Part shown: piece by piece, positions 40,096 to 53,872 of the stretch
Numbering within the stretch: position 1 is the first letter of the stretch
Layout: each line of letters starts with the position of its first letter
Origin: Octopus sinensis
Lineage: Eukaryota
Length of the DNA stretch: 64,000 nt
Assembly: GCF_006345805.1 (NCBI RefSeq)
Contig: NC_042999.1
Span: 82,088,001-82,152,000 of the forward strand
Reading direction: 5' to 3'
Notes under the pieces: model-generated
Database searches by the model: none
What the model saw: only the letters and a program-made list of their open reading frames with translations
What the model was told of the DNA's origin: nothing
Made by a program: the position numbers and the translations under genes

Positions 40096-40664
40096 GTCTA
40101 TATGAATATAGGTATCTAAGAGAAATGAGTGAGAAAGAGCGAGAGAGACTGTGTGTGTGTGTGAGTGCATGTGTGCGTAAAATATTATACTACATTTTAT
40201 ATACTATGTATATTATGCTTATTTACCTGAATTATATATATATATATATATATAATATATATATATATATATTATATATATATATATATAATTTCAGACA
40301 CGCATACATATATGTGTTTGTGCGTCTGTCTATCTGTCAGTCTGTGTGAGAGTTTTCGCTGACTGATCGCTTGATAAGAGATGGGATGATCCTGCGCTTT
40401 AGTTGATGGAATTGGCTTTATTCCAACGATAAAAATACATATATCGATTATCCGACAGCATAAACTTCCACCATGAACAGTTGAGTAGATCAGTTTTGGA
40501 TATATTGCAAGCGGAACCAGCAACTCAACCAACCCGCAATATATTAAGAATATATTGTTGTCTGTTTTATTATTATTTCTATCCATTCATTTACTGATAT
40601 AATATTAATTAGCTAATACAATACAATGCATTATTTTTGTAATAGTTATTGTTTGTGGTACTAA

Positions 40665-40726
40665 TATTATTATCATAATTATTATTATTATTATTATCAT
40701 TATATTCATTATCATTATTATTATTA

Positions 40727-40771
<45 letters not shown>

Positions 40772-40825
40772 CATCATCATTATTATCATCATTATTAATA
40801 TCATTATTATTATTATTATTATTAA

Positions 40826-40864
<39 letters not shown>

Positions 40865-40946
40865 CATTATTATCATTATCATTATTATCATTATTATTAT
40901 TATTTTTTTATTGTTGTTATTATTATTATTATTATTATTATCATTA

Positions 40947-41037
<91 letters not shown>

Positions 41038-41040
41038 CAT
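40665..41040. repeat. Long (TAT/CAT)n trinucleotide tract
   Basis: Direct reading. Confidence 0.95.
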
Positions 41041-41265
41041 TAGAGTGAGAGAGCAGCGCATGCCATCAAAGTGACATGGGTACACCTTTCCGAAGCCCAA
41101 TATACCCATCATGACTACACCAGGTAGATGATTAGTGCAAGACCTTTAAGGTAGGGCCCAGTTTAGAATTTTCTTCAGGTTAACAAGCCCATGCCGCTGA
41201 AAAGATCCCTGTATAAAGGCTCCCTGAATAAGGATGATGAACGAAACATCCATGTTCCATTCTTT
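41041..41265 (-). mobile_element. Partial copy of the 38114-38654 repeat
   Basis: gagtgagagagcag..gccatcaaagtgaca...gggcccagtt..aaggatg..gaacgaaaca shared. Confidence 0.7.
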
Positions 41266-41309
41266 TCAGCTATCTAATATTTTCCTGATTATTGTTGCTG
41301 TTGTTATTA

Positions 41310-41499
41310 GGCAGCGAGCTGGCAGAATCTTTAGCATACCGGGCGAAATGTTTAACTGTATTTCGTCTACCACTATGTTTTGGGTTCAAATTCCGCCGAG
41401 GTGGACTTTGCTTCTCTTTCTTTCGTGATGGATGAATTAAGTACTAGTGAAACACTTGGGTCGATGTAAATCTGAGTCCTTCTGCCGGCAGTAGAATGG

Positions 41500-41500
<1 letters not shown>
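41310..41500 (+). mobile_element. SINE family B
   Basis: ggcagcgagctggcagaatc...ttcaaattccgccgaggtggactttg. Confidence 0.8.
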
Positions 41501-41532
<32 letters not shown>

Positions 41533-41619
41533 TTCGTCTCAATTCTATTTCCATTTCATGCCGAGAGCCTTCCTGATACCAAAGGCAGAGAAACGTACTG
41601 TATACATTGGTAGGCTATT

Positions 41620-42417
41620 GAAATAAACACACCAGATTGTTAATTTGCAAAGTCAAGTGATATGGAAAAAAGGAAAGAGAGAGTGAAAAAGGAAAAGAAT
41701 AACCAAGCTCTTGCTGACGAATCTGTGAAGTATAACATCTATAAAACTTCTGGCACCCAGAATTGCGGACTCTGTGGAAAGAGTGTAGAAATGTGACTCA
41801 CTTTGTAAATTGATGTGAGAGCCTTGCATAAAAACAATACAAGCGCTGCCACGATAAATTGTGTGTGTGTATCTTCATTGGCTCTTATGCCGAAAATACT
41901 AATATGGAGTAACAGAGAACCGGTATAAGCATGTACCAAGTAAAGTTAAGCAGCAGGATGGAAAAGTAACGATACTCTGGGACAATGATTTTCAGACAGA
42001 TCGTGTAATCGAACACCGTCGGTCGGATATTGTCATATTGAATAAAAGAGACAAATACTGTCAGATCATTGATGTAGCCATACCAAATGACATGAATATT
42101 GTGAGTATTAGGTTGAAATAAATCACCAAGTACTCCGAATACAAAGGGGAAATGGCAAAACTGTATGGAATGCGAAATAGTAATGTAAAAGTGATGCCAG
42201 TGGTGATCGGAGTGTTGGGCTCAATCCCATTGAAAATTCAAGACATCTGAAGGCAAATGGAAATCACATGCAAGATTGATGTCTTGCAAAAAGCAGCCTT
42301 ACTGGGCACAGCACACACCTTAAGGAAAGTATTATCTGTCTGAAGTCCTTGTTGAGACTTAACAGATGACTAAAGACTCCGATGCATTTTTCCTACATGC
42401 ATTTTTTCCTTGCGAAG

Positions 42418-42418
<1 letters not shown>
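41620..42418 (+). mobile_element. R4/Dong-like LINE 3' fragment 1 (zinc knuckle plus REL)
   Basis: NCGLCGKSVE..H....C...KRCHD, ILWDNDFQTDRVIEHRRSDIVIL, IIDVAIP, PVVIGVLG, LQKAALLGTAHTLRKVLSV*; followed by (TAA)n. Confidence 0.85.
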
Positions 42419-42490
<72 letters not shown>

Positions 42491-42491
<1 letters not shown>

Positions 42492-42808
42492 TGCCAACAT
42501 TATGGAATAACAACAGAAAAAAGATGGTATAGGCAAACACCAGAAAAAGTCACAGAAAACGAGAAAGCAACCATACTCTGGGATATGCCAATACACACAG
42601 ATATAAAATACAAAGACCTGGAAATAGAGGTAACCAGAATGTGGAATCTAAAAACAGAAACAATTCTTATCATAGTAGGTGCATTAGGCATGATAAAAAA
42701 AATATTCAGACAAATACAGGCACTCCACACATCCTACGCAGAACACTTTCCATACAATAACCATCAGAGCATCACAACAAATCACAGTACATACCCAAGG
42801 CACACAGA
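42491..42808 (+). mobile_element. R4/Dong-like LINE 3' fragment 2, internally deleted
   Basis: WYRQTPEKVTENEKATILWDMPIHTD|KYKDLEIEVTRMWNL..IIVGALG..HILRRTL; (TAA)n on both sides. Confidence 0.85.
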
Positions 42809-42829
42809 TAATAATAATAATCATATAGA

Positions 42830-43545
42830 TGCGGAAGAGTGACCTGAAGACAGTGGCAGAAACTCTTATATGCGAAGCAAAAGAACAAGCATTAAGGACA
42901 ATGTGAAATGCAGAATCAACTTCATTAATGAGAGCGACAAATGCAGAATGTGTGATGAGAGGGGTGAAACGATAGAGCACATCGTTAGCGAATGCCCTAA
43001 ATTTGAAAAATGCGATTACAATAGATGGTTGAAAATAATGTAAGCATATTCCACCGGAAGCTCTGTGGAACCACGGCCTACAAAGTGCAAAGGCGTGGTA
43101 TGAGCAAACACCAGAATGTGTCACCGAGAATGAAAATTACCAAATCCTGTGAGAGGCAATGATTCAGTCCGGTCACTTGACCAGATATTGGAAAGTGGAC
43201 ATTGTTGTGGTCAATAAGAAAGAAAAAAAAACATGCATGATAATCGACAAACCATGTTAATTGACATTGCGTGATAATCAACATAATCCCGGTGACAACA
43301 GGATCAGGAAAAAGCTGAACAACTACGACGATTTGAAATGGCAAATATGAATATAGATGCCAACAGTAATTGCGCGCTTGGTTCAAATGTAAAGATAGAA
43401 CACCTACAAAAATCAGCATTGCTTGAAACTTTCGCAGGGTTCTTGAAGCAGGACCAGTGAACCAGTGTCATCTTAGTCAGCTGGCTATGGACGGCTGATC
43501 CTTTTCCTCATACCCAACAAAATATGCTCAGAGTTCTAATCAAAT
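42830..43545 (+). mobile_element. R4/Dong-like LINE 3' fragment 3
   Basis: ETLICEAKEQALR, KCRMCDERGETIEHIVSECPK, WYEQTPECVTENE, DIVVVNKKEK. Confidence 0.85.
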
Positions 43546-44884
43546 GATGATGATGAGGAGGAGGAGGAGGAGGAAGAGGAGGAAGAGGAGGGGGAGCAGC
43601 AGCAGCAGGAGTAGGAGGAGCTGGAATTTATTAGGAATTATCTGAATAAAGCTCGAATTCGTATACAATAAGGTCATTTTTCTTCTGAGTTCAAATCTCA
43701 CCAGGTATGATTTGGTCTTTCATCCGTTCTTGATCTATAAGAAACAAATTCAATTCAATTACTGTTGGCGATTTAATAAAATATAATTAATCTTTTATAT
43801 GATATCGCATTATGACACTTAAACGTCATTGCGACGATTTCTTTTGGGTACGGAGAGTAAAGTTGTGAACGACTATGAAAATTACGTTTTCGATGCAGAT
43901 TTGTTTCATGAATGCTTTATTTAAGTTACTATTTTCATCTAACTTACGATTCCAAATGGTAATGGATGACAAAATCTGTAGAGTACATGGTAACATCCCA
44001 TGTACTAGTTAACCAAATTGTGCATTGTGTATTTTGTCCAAATCTCACTGTAGAATAGCTGTAATTTCATGCATGTCTCATGACGTAATAGCATAACGTA
44101 CCGGAGTTCATGACATCGTTAGACAATTGCAAATACGAAGCGAACTTCAGTTATGTAACATTCCCTCATTTTAGATATTTCGAAGTTTAACTGTTTCGCA
44201 ATATTGATGCATTTTATGGGTATCTTCTGATATTTCGGTCAGTGTTTATTTCGAAACTGGCTTCTGATAAGATGTTTTATGCCTATCTTATACAAAACCC
44301 ATCAAAACTTTTTCCCTTACTGCTATATAATCGACAACTCTTTCTAAATTGTTGTGACCTTTGCATAGTACCAAGTTAGAAATCGTCGATAATTCAGTTT
44401 TTATGACCATACAAGAGATAGATTCTGCATTATACATATTTTTCTTTAGTTGTAGTTTGCTTCAATTTTGTATATAATATTTTTGAAGATTATAACTGCA
44501 TGCATATCTATGTTTTGGAACTTATATGTGTAAAGATCACTTGGAAACACTTCAAATTCAAACTCATATTTGGTTTTATGTCTTATTTGTTCAAGAGCTC
44601 ATACGATTACATAAAGTGTAATATTGCCAGTACTTCTACATTTCGATTTCCAGTGGTCTTCGGAAAGCAGAACGTTTCAAGTACAATTTGTAAAGTTTAG
44701 TTTTCAAATATGATTCGAAAACTTAACTTTGAGCGAAATGGACAATCTACATCGATCACTGTATATATGACTTAGATATCTTATTTTATTACTACAACAC
44801 GAACTAACTGCATTGATTGTTGGTATCTCTTTATCAGTATGTGTTGGCGAAACTCAATATTTCTATTTTTCGTTACAGTATCGG

Positions 44885-45057
<173 letters not shown>

Positions 45058-45151
45058 GTCTATCAATCTATGTATCTCTCTGTCAGACTGTCTGTCCATC
45101 CCTCTGTCTATCTAACTTAGTATCTATCTGCAGATATATTTAAGTGTTTAT

Positions 45152-45197
<46 letters not shown>

Positions 45198-45737
45198 ACA
45201 AGATATTGAGTGATCGATAGATAGATAGATAGATAGATATGTATATATAAATATGTGTGTGTGTCTGGGTGTAAGTGAAGAGTTTATAAGTGTCAATATT
45301 CTCATTTTATACGGAATTGATTTCAAGATACTGTATAAAGAGATATTCATGAAACATTGGTGACGCGCTTGAAAATATGCATCTAATTCTGATAATAGAG
45401 CTCAAATATCAAGTTATATATATATGTGTTTGTTAAAAACAAATGTATCTGAAAGTGATATTGTGATGCAGAGAAGCAGAGTTGCCGTTGCCACTATGCT
45501 ATGAATGTGCTGTAGAAACGGAGGAAGATTCTCAAACGACAAACTATTCTTAGATATTACGAACGTTGAAGATTTTGTCAAAAAGAATCCAAAGTTTGGC
45601 CCACGGGCAGCCTTTGATATTTCCGGTCCAAAAGGTTTTTGAATGCAATATTACCAGTCTGTTATTTGTAGCTTAAATGTTTACTTCAATGTCCACTGTT
45701 CCCCAAAAGAATTACGTCTGTGTGTGTGTGTGCGAGC

Positions 45738-46030
45738 GCGTGAAGGCACATGACTTTGTGGTTAAGTTTTTGCACATACAATAGCGAGATCGTGGGTTCC
45801 ATTCTCAGCCCAATCGTTGCGTTGTGTTCTTGAGTAAAACTATTCATTTCACGTTTGTCTGCGATCGTTTTGTCGTCTCGCATGGTACGTCTTGCACCTT
45901 TACAAGTGATGACGATTTGATGGAAGGACTGAGCCTTTGTGAACACAAAACATTTGATCATTATAAACACATCATTTGTGTGGTTGTTCAGCAAGAAACT
46001 GCTGGAGCCTCTTACGGCGTCTAGTGATAG
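45738..46030 (+). mobile_element. SINE family C-like, degenerate
   Basis: gtggttaag head; gttgtgttcttgagtaaaac..atttcacgtt core. Confidence 0.6.
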
Positions 46031-46244
46031 GAATGTCAATAAGTTCTATGTATATATGTATGTTTGAATGGATGGATGGATGAAAGCACGCATGCATGCA
46101 TGGATGTATGTATTTATATATATATATGTGTGTGTGTGTATACATGCATATATCCATACATACATGCACACATACATACATACATACATATATACATACA
46201 TGCACACATACATACATACATACATACATACATACATACATACA

Positions 46245-46278
<34 letters not shown>

Positions 46279-47298
46279 CATACATGTGGGTGTAGTAGTG
46301 GATGCATTTAATTAATTCTATGATAAAAAAAATTTGTGAACATGACGAATTTCGGTGTCAGTTGACACTGATAAGTCAGAGATAGTAGTTTTAATGTACG
46401 TTCTTTCAAAAAGATTCTTAATATTTTGTTGGAACCTTGTTTAACGAGAGTTGTAAGTGTGAGCAGAGCGAATAGTTTTTTTGTTGTTTTTTTTTTCCAT
46501 TTTAAGTTAGAAAGTTCTCTGACGTGGTTCAATGTTAAGTGTGATACTAGCGCAAAGCATAAAAAAAAACAAGAATAAAATACAGTTCCTTATACTTCTA
46601 GAAGTTGATTCACTTTCATATGGTTACAAAAGTGTCAATAAAATTGGTTAATACAACATTACAACCGGGGAATTTAACCGAGATTAGTGAGTTTAGTTAA
46701 ATTTATGGCCATTATATTTGATGGCAATTAAAGTTAATGACTTTTGAATCACAAGACATGAGTTTTAATGGTTATTTGAAGAAATACTCACAGACTCAGG
46801 ATGAATGTGTAATCAAAGGTGACCTACATCTCGCTTTAAAGTAACAAGTGACGGGCTAAAGAATGAATGAGAGAAAAGTAAAGAAATCACAAGCACAACA
46901 GGAAAACAAAAAATAATTATATTGAATTAACACCTTCGACATTCGATAACAAAAACTACAAAAGTCTTGTAATTAGTTCTTTCGTTGCAGAACCAAAGCG
47001 AATGACACCGAAAATTTGAAATAAATGTGGAAGGTGAAATAAAGTGGTGTTCTCCAATACACTAATTAATCGACTGCTAATCAATAGTGAATGCCACGCC
47101 TTGTATAAATGGATATTTGCTTAACGACAACATTCCGGTTTCATTCCTAATTCATTCATTCACACACTCGTTTATTCTGTCGTTGAGCCAATCAGCCATT
47201 CTTTTATTCCTTATTTCTTTCTTCCTTGATTTGATTCGAGCAACAACGCCTGGAATCGCCAGAAAAACTTGTTTGCTTGCACTTAGTTCCAAAATGCA

Positions 47299-47332
<34 letters not shown>

Positions 47333-48571
47333 CATACATACAAACATACATATGGATATACATATGTATGTATGCCTTTAAGTATGTGTGCGTCAGTGTT
47401 TCCATTGTTTAAGTCGTGATCATTTGTATCCCTTAATTTTAGGGTTGAAATGTGGATCGATAACATAAGTATGAGAATGAAATAATTACTGGGATCGATA
47501 CGATCGACTAAAAACACTTCAAAGCGCTACAAAAGAATGGCCGCAGGTCAATGATTGAAACCAGTAAAAGTATGAAAGAATATAAATACGTGATAAAAGC
47601 AACAGAAAAATCTATACATTAGCGTGAATATTGACTCTTAATTTTTGTGCAAAATATCGCTGCTAAAGGGTACAACGAAATAAATGTACGTTTGCATATT
47701 TGCAATAATATTGTCGTTTGCATCGTGTTGCCGTATCAGTATGTGTGTGTCAGTTATTAGTTCTTATTGTGAGCGATTTGTTATATGTTAATCAGTCATA
47801 AAATTTAAACGAATATGGATGTCAGATTAATTACGATTACAACGTGTTTCTAAAATTTCGATAAAAATGTGCCAGCAAAATGTGGATCAAGTGAAATATT
47901 TTATTGATGGATGTATGAAACAGAAAGGACATTAGCTTAAAATATTGGTCGAGAAAGACAGTTAATTATATTTATGAGAAAATATGCAACCATACTTACA
48001 ATGCGTGTAGGATGATGAGTATTGTGATTTAACATTTTAGTAAATATATTCTTGGATATAAGAGCGTATGAAGATGTAGAAAGAGCTAAACTTCAAATTT
48101 TTATGAATATTTACTGATATTTGATACGATGAGATACATCAAAACCGGTAATATTTTCTTTATATATTTTTTTATTAAATTCCCTCTTAAATTGTAATGA
48201 CATTGACTCACTTCTGTGCTATTTCCACCTCCATCTTAGATACACACACACACACACACAAACACAAGAAAGTAAAATTGTAAGATGCCGCACGAGTGGA
48301 AATATACATGAAAGAAGGTTTCAAAATGCAATTTTAAAGATGTTTATTCACTTGAGTGGTTCCACTTATTTAGAAAAGGATTGTCAAAAGTAAAATGTAA
48401 AGCTTTGTATAAGCTTTGTTGTGTTAAGCACTCGTGGTCACAAAAGTATTAAAATACATATATATATTCTTTGATGATAATAAGAAAATGAAAAAAAGTT
48501 TACAAGAAAGTATTTAAGAAAATATTCAACAAAAAGTATTAGGAGTTCAATCTAAATCATGTTTGTTTAGT

Positions 48572-48640
<69 letters not shown>

Positions 48641-48850
48641 GTACTTTATTTAAAAGCAGCAAAAATTCAACAAAACCTGTTACTACTCGAAGTTTCACGT
48701 TCCCGTTCGTCGAACAAAACTGTCCGACGAACGAGTAACAGGTTTTGTTGAATTTCTGCTGCTTTTAAATAAAGCATATTACTCTACCCCTGGTATTTGA
48801 GTACTCTTTTTTCCACCTTGTTTCACATTTATGTGTTTACTCCGGTATAT

Positions 48851-48913
<63 letters not shown>

Positions 48914-49115
48914 GTACTTTATTTAAAAGCAGCAAAAATTCAACAAAACCTGTTACTCGAAGTTTCACGTTCCCGTTCGTCGAACAAAACTGTCCGACGA
49001 ACGAGTAACAGGTTTTGTTGAATTTCTGCTGCTTTTAAATAAAGCATATTACTCTACCCCTGGTATTTGAGTACTCTTTTTTCCACCTTGTTTCACATTT
49101 ATGTGTTTACTCCGG

Positions 49116-49116
<1 letters not shown>
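48641..49116. mobile_element. Tandem pair of fold-back element FB3 (48641-48846, 48914-49116) separated by (TA)n
   Basis: Two near-identical ~205-bp units differing by a 3-nt tac insertion, each with inverted arms tttatttaaaagcagc...cctgttactc / gagtaacagg...gctgcttttaaataaa. Confidence 0.8.
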
Positions 49117-49153
<37 letters not shown>

Positions 49154-49254
49154 GAAGGAGATATATTTAAGAATTTACAAAAAATTGGAGAGGAACCAAC
49201 CTGTCTCTTTGGTATTTTTTCTGTTTTGTGACAGAAAAATTTTTTTGTGACAGA

Positions 49255-49530
49255 ACAATGACAAAAACATCACGTGATATCGTGATTGACGAGGCTATCA
49301 GATGATGGTAAACATCGCTGATCACAATGTGTTTTATCTTATTTTAGCCTTCAAATGACGCCACCCCACTGAATAAGCGAGCAAGCCAACATCCCTCCCA
49401 ACCTTGGTCGAATGGGTAACTAGAGCAACGTGAAACAAAGTGTTTTGCTCAAGAAGACAACGTGCCACCTAATCGAGGAATCAAACCCATGATCTAATGA
49501 TCGTGAGGGTAACAGCCTTACCACTAGTCC
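49255..49530 (-). mobile_element. SINE fragment (family C-like core)
   Basis: gagcaacgtgaaacaaagtgttttgctcaagaagacaac core. Confidence 0.6.
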
Positions 49531-50057
49531 ATGTATATGTATATGTATGTATATGCAGATTCATATGTAGGGTCATAGATATATGCAGTGAATAATATAA
49601 AATGATAATACGGGAGGAACTTGGTTTGAAATATATATTACTTGCATAACGCTTAATGGAAATTGTATCAAGGTTTCGAATTAAAGTCACTCACTAGACG
49701 AAAGTGAAATTTATTCGAGTATGGAAGTGATATGGTCAATGTGATAGAGAAAAATAGAGGGTTATGAAACAGATGGGGCGGAATTAAAAAAAAGAGGAAC
49801 GGTTGAGTTTGTAGTTGCACCTATAGTAGTGTAGCTGTGTCTCGAAGCGGTCACCAAGTGGGAGTTGTGTATATGTGTATTTTAGTATGGTGTATGTGTA
49901 GAAGAGTGGAGATGTAATCATATAAGCGATTTGGTGGGTGTATGTAAGGAGGTGAGAACGGATACGTGTGTGAATAAAAAAATACCAGTAACGCAATTCG
50001 GATCGCAGGAGCAATGAAGATGTGTGTGTGTGTGCGTGTGTTTGTGTGTGTGTGTGA

Positions 50058-50088
<31 letters not shown>

Positions 50089-50990
50089 TGTGTATGTGTG
50101 TGTGTGTGTGTGTGTGTCTGCGTCTGGAAGTGGAAGACAAAAGTACGTAGGAGTGTGGAACGTTTTAATAAACTGTGAACGTTTAAAGTACAGTATGGAA
50201 AAGAGAGGGAAAGCGAGAAACAGTACGAATTATACAAAAACAGGTTATACAAAACTTCACTGCAGCATGTGTCGAAACTATGGTAAGAAATTAGAACGAT
50301 CCATCGAGAAGAGACAGTTGTGATGAGTAACTGGTATCAGAGGAGAAATAGAAAAATTGAAGAGGTTTAAAGCTAGAATTGACACAGGGGGGCAGTGAAG
50401 ACAAAATTTATCTCTTTTTAAAGAAGATTGGAGAGTGAAGGAAGAGAAGCAGAAGGAGTAATGTAGATTTTGGCAGTTACAGTAAAGTGAATGTGACAAA
50501 TGAAAGTGCGGGGATTGTTTAAGGTATGTAGCAAAACATGACAGGAGTGCAGGAGATAAGAATTGCGTTGTAAGTGTGCGTACTAGCTGTGACTGGGGGG
50601 TTTCTGCATAAAGATGTGTGTATGCGTGTGTATGCGTGCCTAAGTGGAGAACGGTATTGTATGTAGAGGAGACCAACTGTATGTTTGTGAGAGTATGTGT
50701 ATATGTGACGAATGGATGTGTGTGCATATGTGTATATACGTGTGCCAGTGTGTCTATTTGTCAAAGAGACAAGACTGTAGATGAACAGAAAGATGTAGAT
50801 GGGCGTGTTTAATGTACGAAATGTGGTGGGTGGTATGTATATGATTCCATATATGTGAGTATGCGTGAGTAAGTATAGCGGTGTACGTGTGCTTGCGTCA
50901 AGAATACAAGAATTTCGAATAAAAAGGTGTGTATATGTATGTACGCAATTGAAAGGTGTAAATGTATGCGGGTGGGGCCACCAAGAACAG

Positions 50991-51040
<50 letters not shown>

Positions 51041-51424
51041 TATAGAGTGTGTTCAGCTTGTATATGTAGGTGTGAATTTGGTGCAGAGTGAGATGTATGT
51101 TGTGAAGAAAAGAGTGAATGGGGTGTAAGGTGCTGCGTGGGAGAAAGGGAGACCAGTAAATGGAAGTGTATAGTTCTGAAACGGAGAAGGAAATGAAGGT
51201 AGTGAATTTAGAATGAAAGGCACGTACGTTTGTAGGGAGAAGATAAGCTCCTGTTCCATTTAGAAGAAAGTGTTGAAAGTACAAAAGAAGAACACATAAT
51301 ATTGGATAATGTGATCGGCGGGAAAATGTAATAAAGGAAGAAAAAATATCATGATCTGGTAGAATTTTGATCCTTACGCGTGTAACAAATGCATATATTC
51401 GGTAAAGATTACCAAGCGAAGGCT

Positions 51425-51464
<40 letters not shown>

Positions 51465-51467
<3 letters not shown>

Positions 51468-51828
51468 TCTTTTATTTGCTTCAGTCATTTGACTGCGGTC
51501 ATACCGGATCACCGCTCTTAGTCGAAAAAATCAACCCAAGGACTTATTCTATGTAAGCCTAGTAATTATCCCATCGGTCTCTTTTGTCGAACTGCTAGGT
51601 TACGTTGATGAAGTGCACCAAGCGATGGTGAGGGGTAGACAAACACAGACACACAAACATATACACATCTATATATATATATATATACCACGGGCTTCTT
51701 TCAGTTTCCGTCTACCAAATCCACTCACAACGATTTGGTCGTCCCGAGGATACAGTAGACGGCACATTTCCAAGGTGCCACGCAGTTTGACTGAACCGAG
51801 AACCATGTAGTCGGTAAGGAAGCTACTT
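51465..51828 (-). mobile_element. Host SINE family A: body and tail, interrupted in the head
   Basis: Minus strand aagtagcttccttaccgactacatggttctcggttcagtc...gcaccttggaaa...gaagcaaataaaagaatg; continues the head at 57960-57997. Confidence 0.9.
51813..51828 (-). repeat. Target-site copy 1 (AAGTAGCTTCCTTACC)
   Basis: Plus strand ggtaaggaagctactt; one nt longer than the other three. Confidence 0.9.
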
Positions 51829-53857
51829 TATTTTATATAATTTTCCACTAGGGCAGCACACAGAGTAGTAGCTACGGGCTGGACAAGGACATTAATGGAT
51901 GATGGTGGTGGTGGATGAAGATGGTGATGGGAGAAGTCAAAAGCGCCCGCCGACTCTCGCTTCTCTAAAACAATGTTCAATAATTACATTTAATAAAAAT
52001 GTTCACAATGATCAAATTACATATTTTAGAGGAGGCATAAACCTCCTCTTCAACATGTTACAAAAATGTTCAACAATTCTCCCCGTCAGGTCCCCGAAGC
52101 AAATTGTCTTGCCGCCTGCAGACAACTCTGCGATGTCAAGTCGGGGCCTGCAAAGAGAAAAGTAAAATGTTTTCTCTCAAATGTCTCTGCGACCCTTGAC
52201 AAAATATCTTCCGTTACTTTTTCCGCAGCTACCCGCGGAGGCCATAACGGACTCCTTGAGCCGACCGTTCCCTTGCGTTCTCGGTCACCCAAGCCATTCA
52301 AAAACCTTTCTACCTCCTCTCCCTTGTGGTAAAGGAGGAGAAGCATCTCCTCTTCACAGGAAGGGACCTCACACTGCTCCGTCAGTGGCACACTTCCCGC
52401 TGACGGAGCCCTGTCCGCGGGTGGCACACATCCCACCCGCGGCTCCGTCGGCGACACAGAAACGTCAGCCGTCCGACCTCTCCTTTTTCTCCTCCTTCTT
52501 TTGGGGGAGACTGCTGACTCAGGGGACTCCGTCACCAGACACGGGGGATCGCTATCTCCCTCCGCCACCTGAGCGTTCTTTGGCGAGCAACCATTGTTGT
52601 TCGCCTGTCTCTTTCTTTTCGTGGAGGCAACCTCCTCCACGACTTCCACCGTCTCCCCCTCCAATGAGGGGGCGGCGGGCGTCTTTTCCCCTTCATGCTC
52701 CGGGGCACCACCACGGCCCCCGGGACAATTCCTCTTGATATGTCAGGGCTTCAGGCACAGGTGACACTTGGTGGGGCGACCCTCGAGTATCACCGGGTAC
52801 CTGTGCCCAGCCATTCTCAGGAAGTCCGGGAATTTCATTTCTCCCACGGCCACCAGTGTCCACAGGGTCAAAGTTGCCTTTGACCCCTCCCGGGCGACCG
52901 CGGGAGCCATTTTCACACTTAGTAGCCTGGGTCCGCCGTCCCCCAGGCCTCGCCGGATGGTCTTCTCGATCCATTCCGCCTCCGTGCCCGGGTCAGCCCA
53001 CAAACCCAGGCCCTTTTTACTTTTCTGCCACAATACGAGGGGAGGAACAAAATTTCCTCTCCCTCCAGTGGCTCGCTAGCAAATCTGCTAGCTTCCTCGG
53101 GGGTATTAAACAGCAACCACACCGTTGCAAATTTATTCCCCCGAGAAATAAACTTTATCGTTGGTAGGTGGTCCCTCAACTCTTTCTCTATGGTGCTCCT
53201 GTCGAAGAGGGCGATAGCTCCACGTGACCTAGAATAGGTTCGTAGGACCACCGTCCTCTTCTCAAGACTTTCAATCCACTGCTTGGGTGGGACAACCTCC
53301 CATTCCAAAGCAGTGGCTTCTTTTGTTGCCATGATTTTGAAAAAAAGTTCAACTAAAAGTTCAAAGTCCAATAAGAAAAAAACACAATGATAGAACAGAA
53401 AGACAGAACAGAGAAAAGGACGAAGGAAGACAGTTTAAATAATGGCAACACAGTTCTGCAACTGGTGATCCTCACGAAACAGGGTATTCCTAGTTGCAGC
53501 ACACTTGGTTCTCCGTGGTAAATCCAAGCACAATTGGTTCTCCGTGGTAAATCCAAGCGAACAAATTAATTTTTGAGGAGGGGCTATGCCTCTCAAAATA
53601 CACAATTCTCACTAAAAGGTGAGGCAATAAATATGCCAACAGGCAGAACAGATACATCCGAAGCACAGTGAAGCTTATTACGCGCAGAAAAAGTGTTAAC
53701 ACTAATTAACATTAATGCCAAAAAAGTATTAACGGCATGCAACAAACCTCACTATGCTTCTAAAAATATCCAAAATGTCATACCTGTTGCCATCAAGTGT
53801 TCAATATTTCACGTTAACACGTGACATTTGCCGGAGCAAAAAACAACACGTCTGTCT
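51829..53857 (-). mobile_element. ORF1-only L1/Tx1-like element, copy A (2029 bp)
   Basis: 525-nt 5' UTR, single ORF1-like frame, 257-nt 3' UTR with conserved terminal block and short A-rich end, bounded by target copies. Confidence 0.8.
52086..53332 (-). pseudogene. ORF1p-like protein A (~415 aa if repaired)
   Basis: MATKEATALEWE... start at 53332; 1-nt deletion near 52993; TGA inside the knuckle CHLCLKP*HIKRNC at 52743-52745; ends ARQFASGT*. Confidence 0.85.
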
Positions 53858-53872
53858 GGTAAGAAGCTACTT
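53858..53872 (-). repeat. Target-site copy 2 (AAGTAGCTTCTTACC)
   Basis: Plus strand ggtaagaagctactt. Confidence 0.95.
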
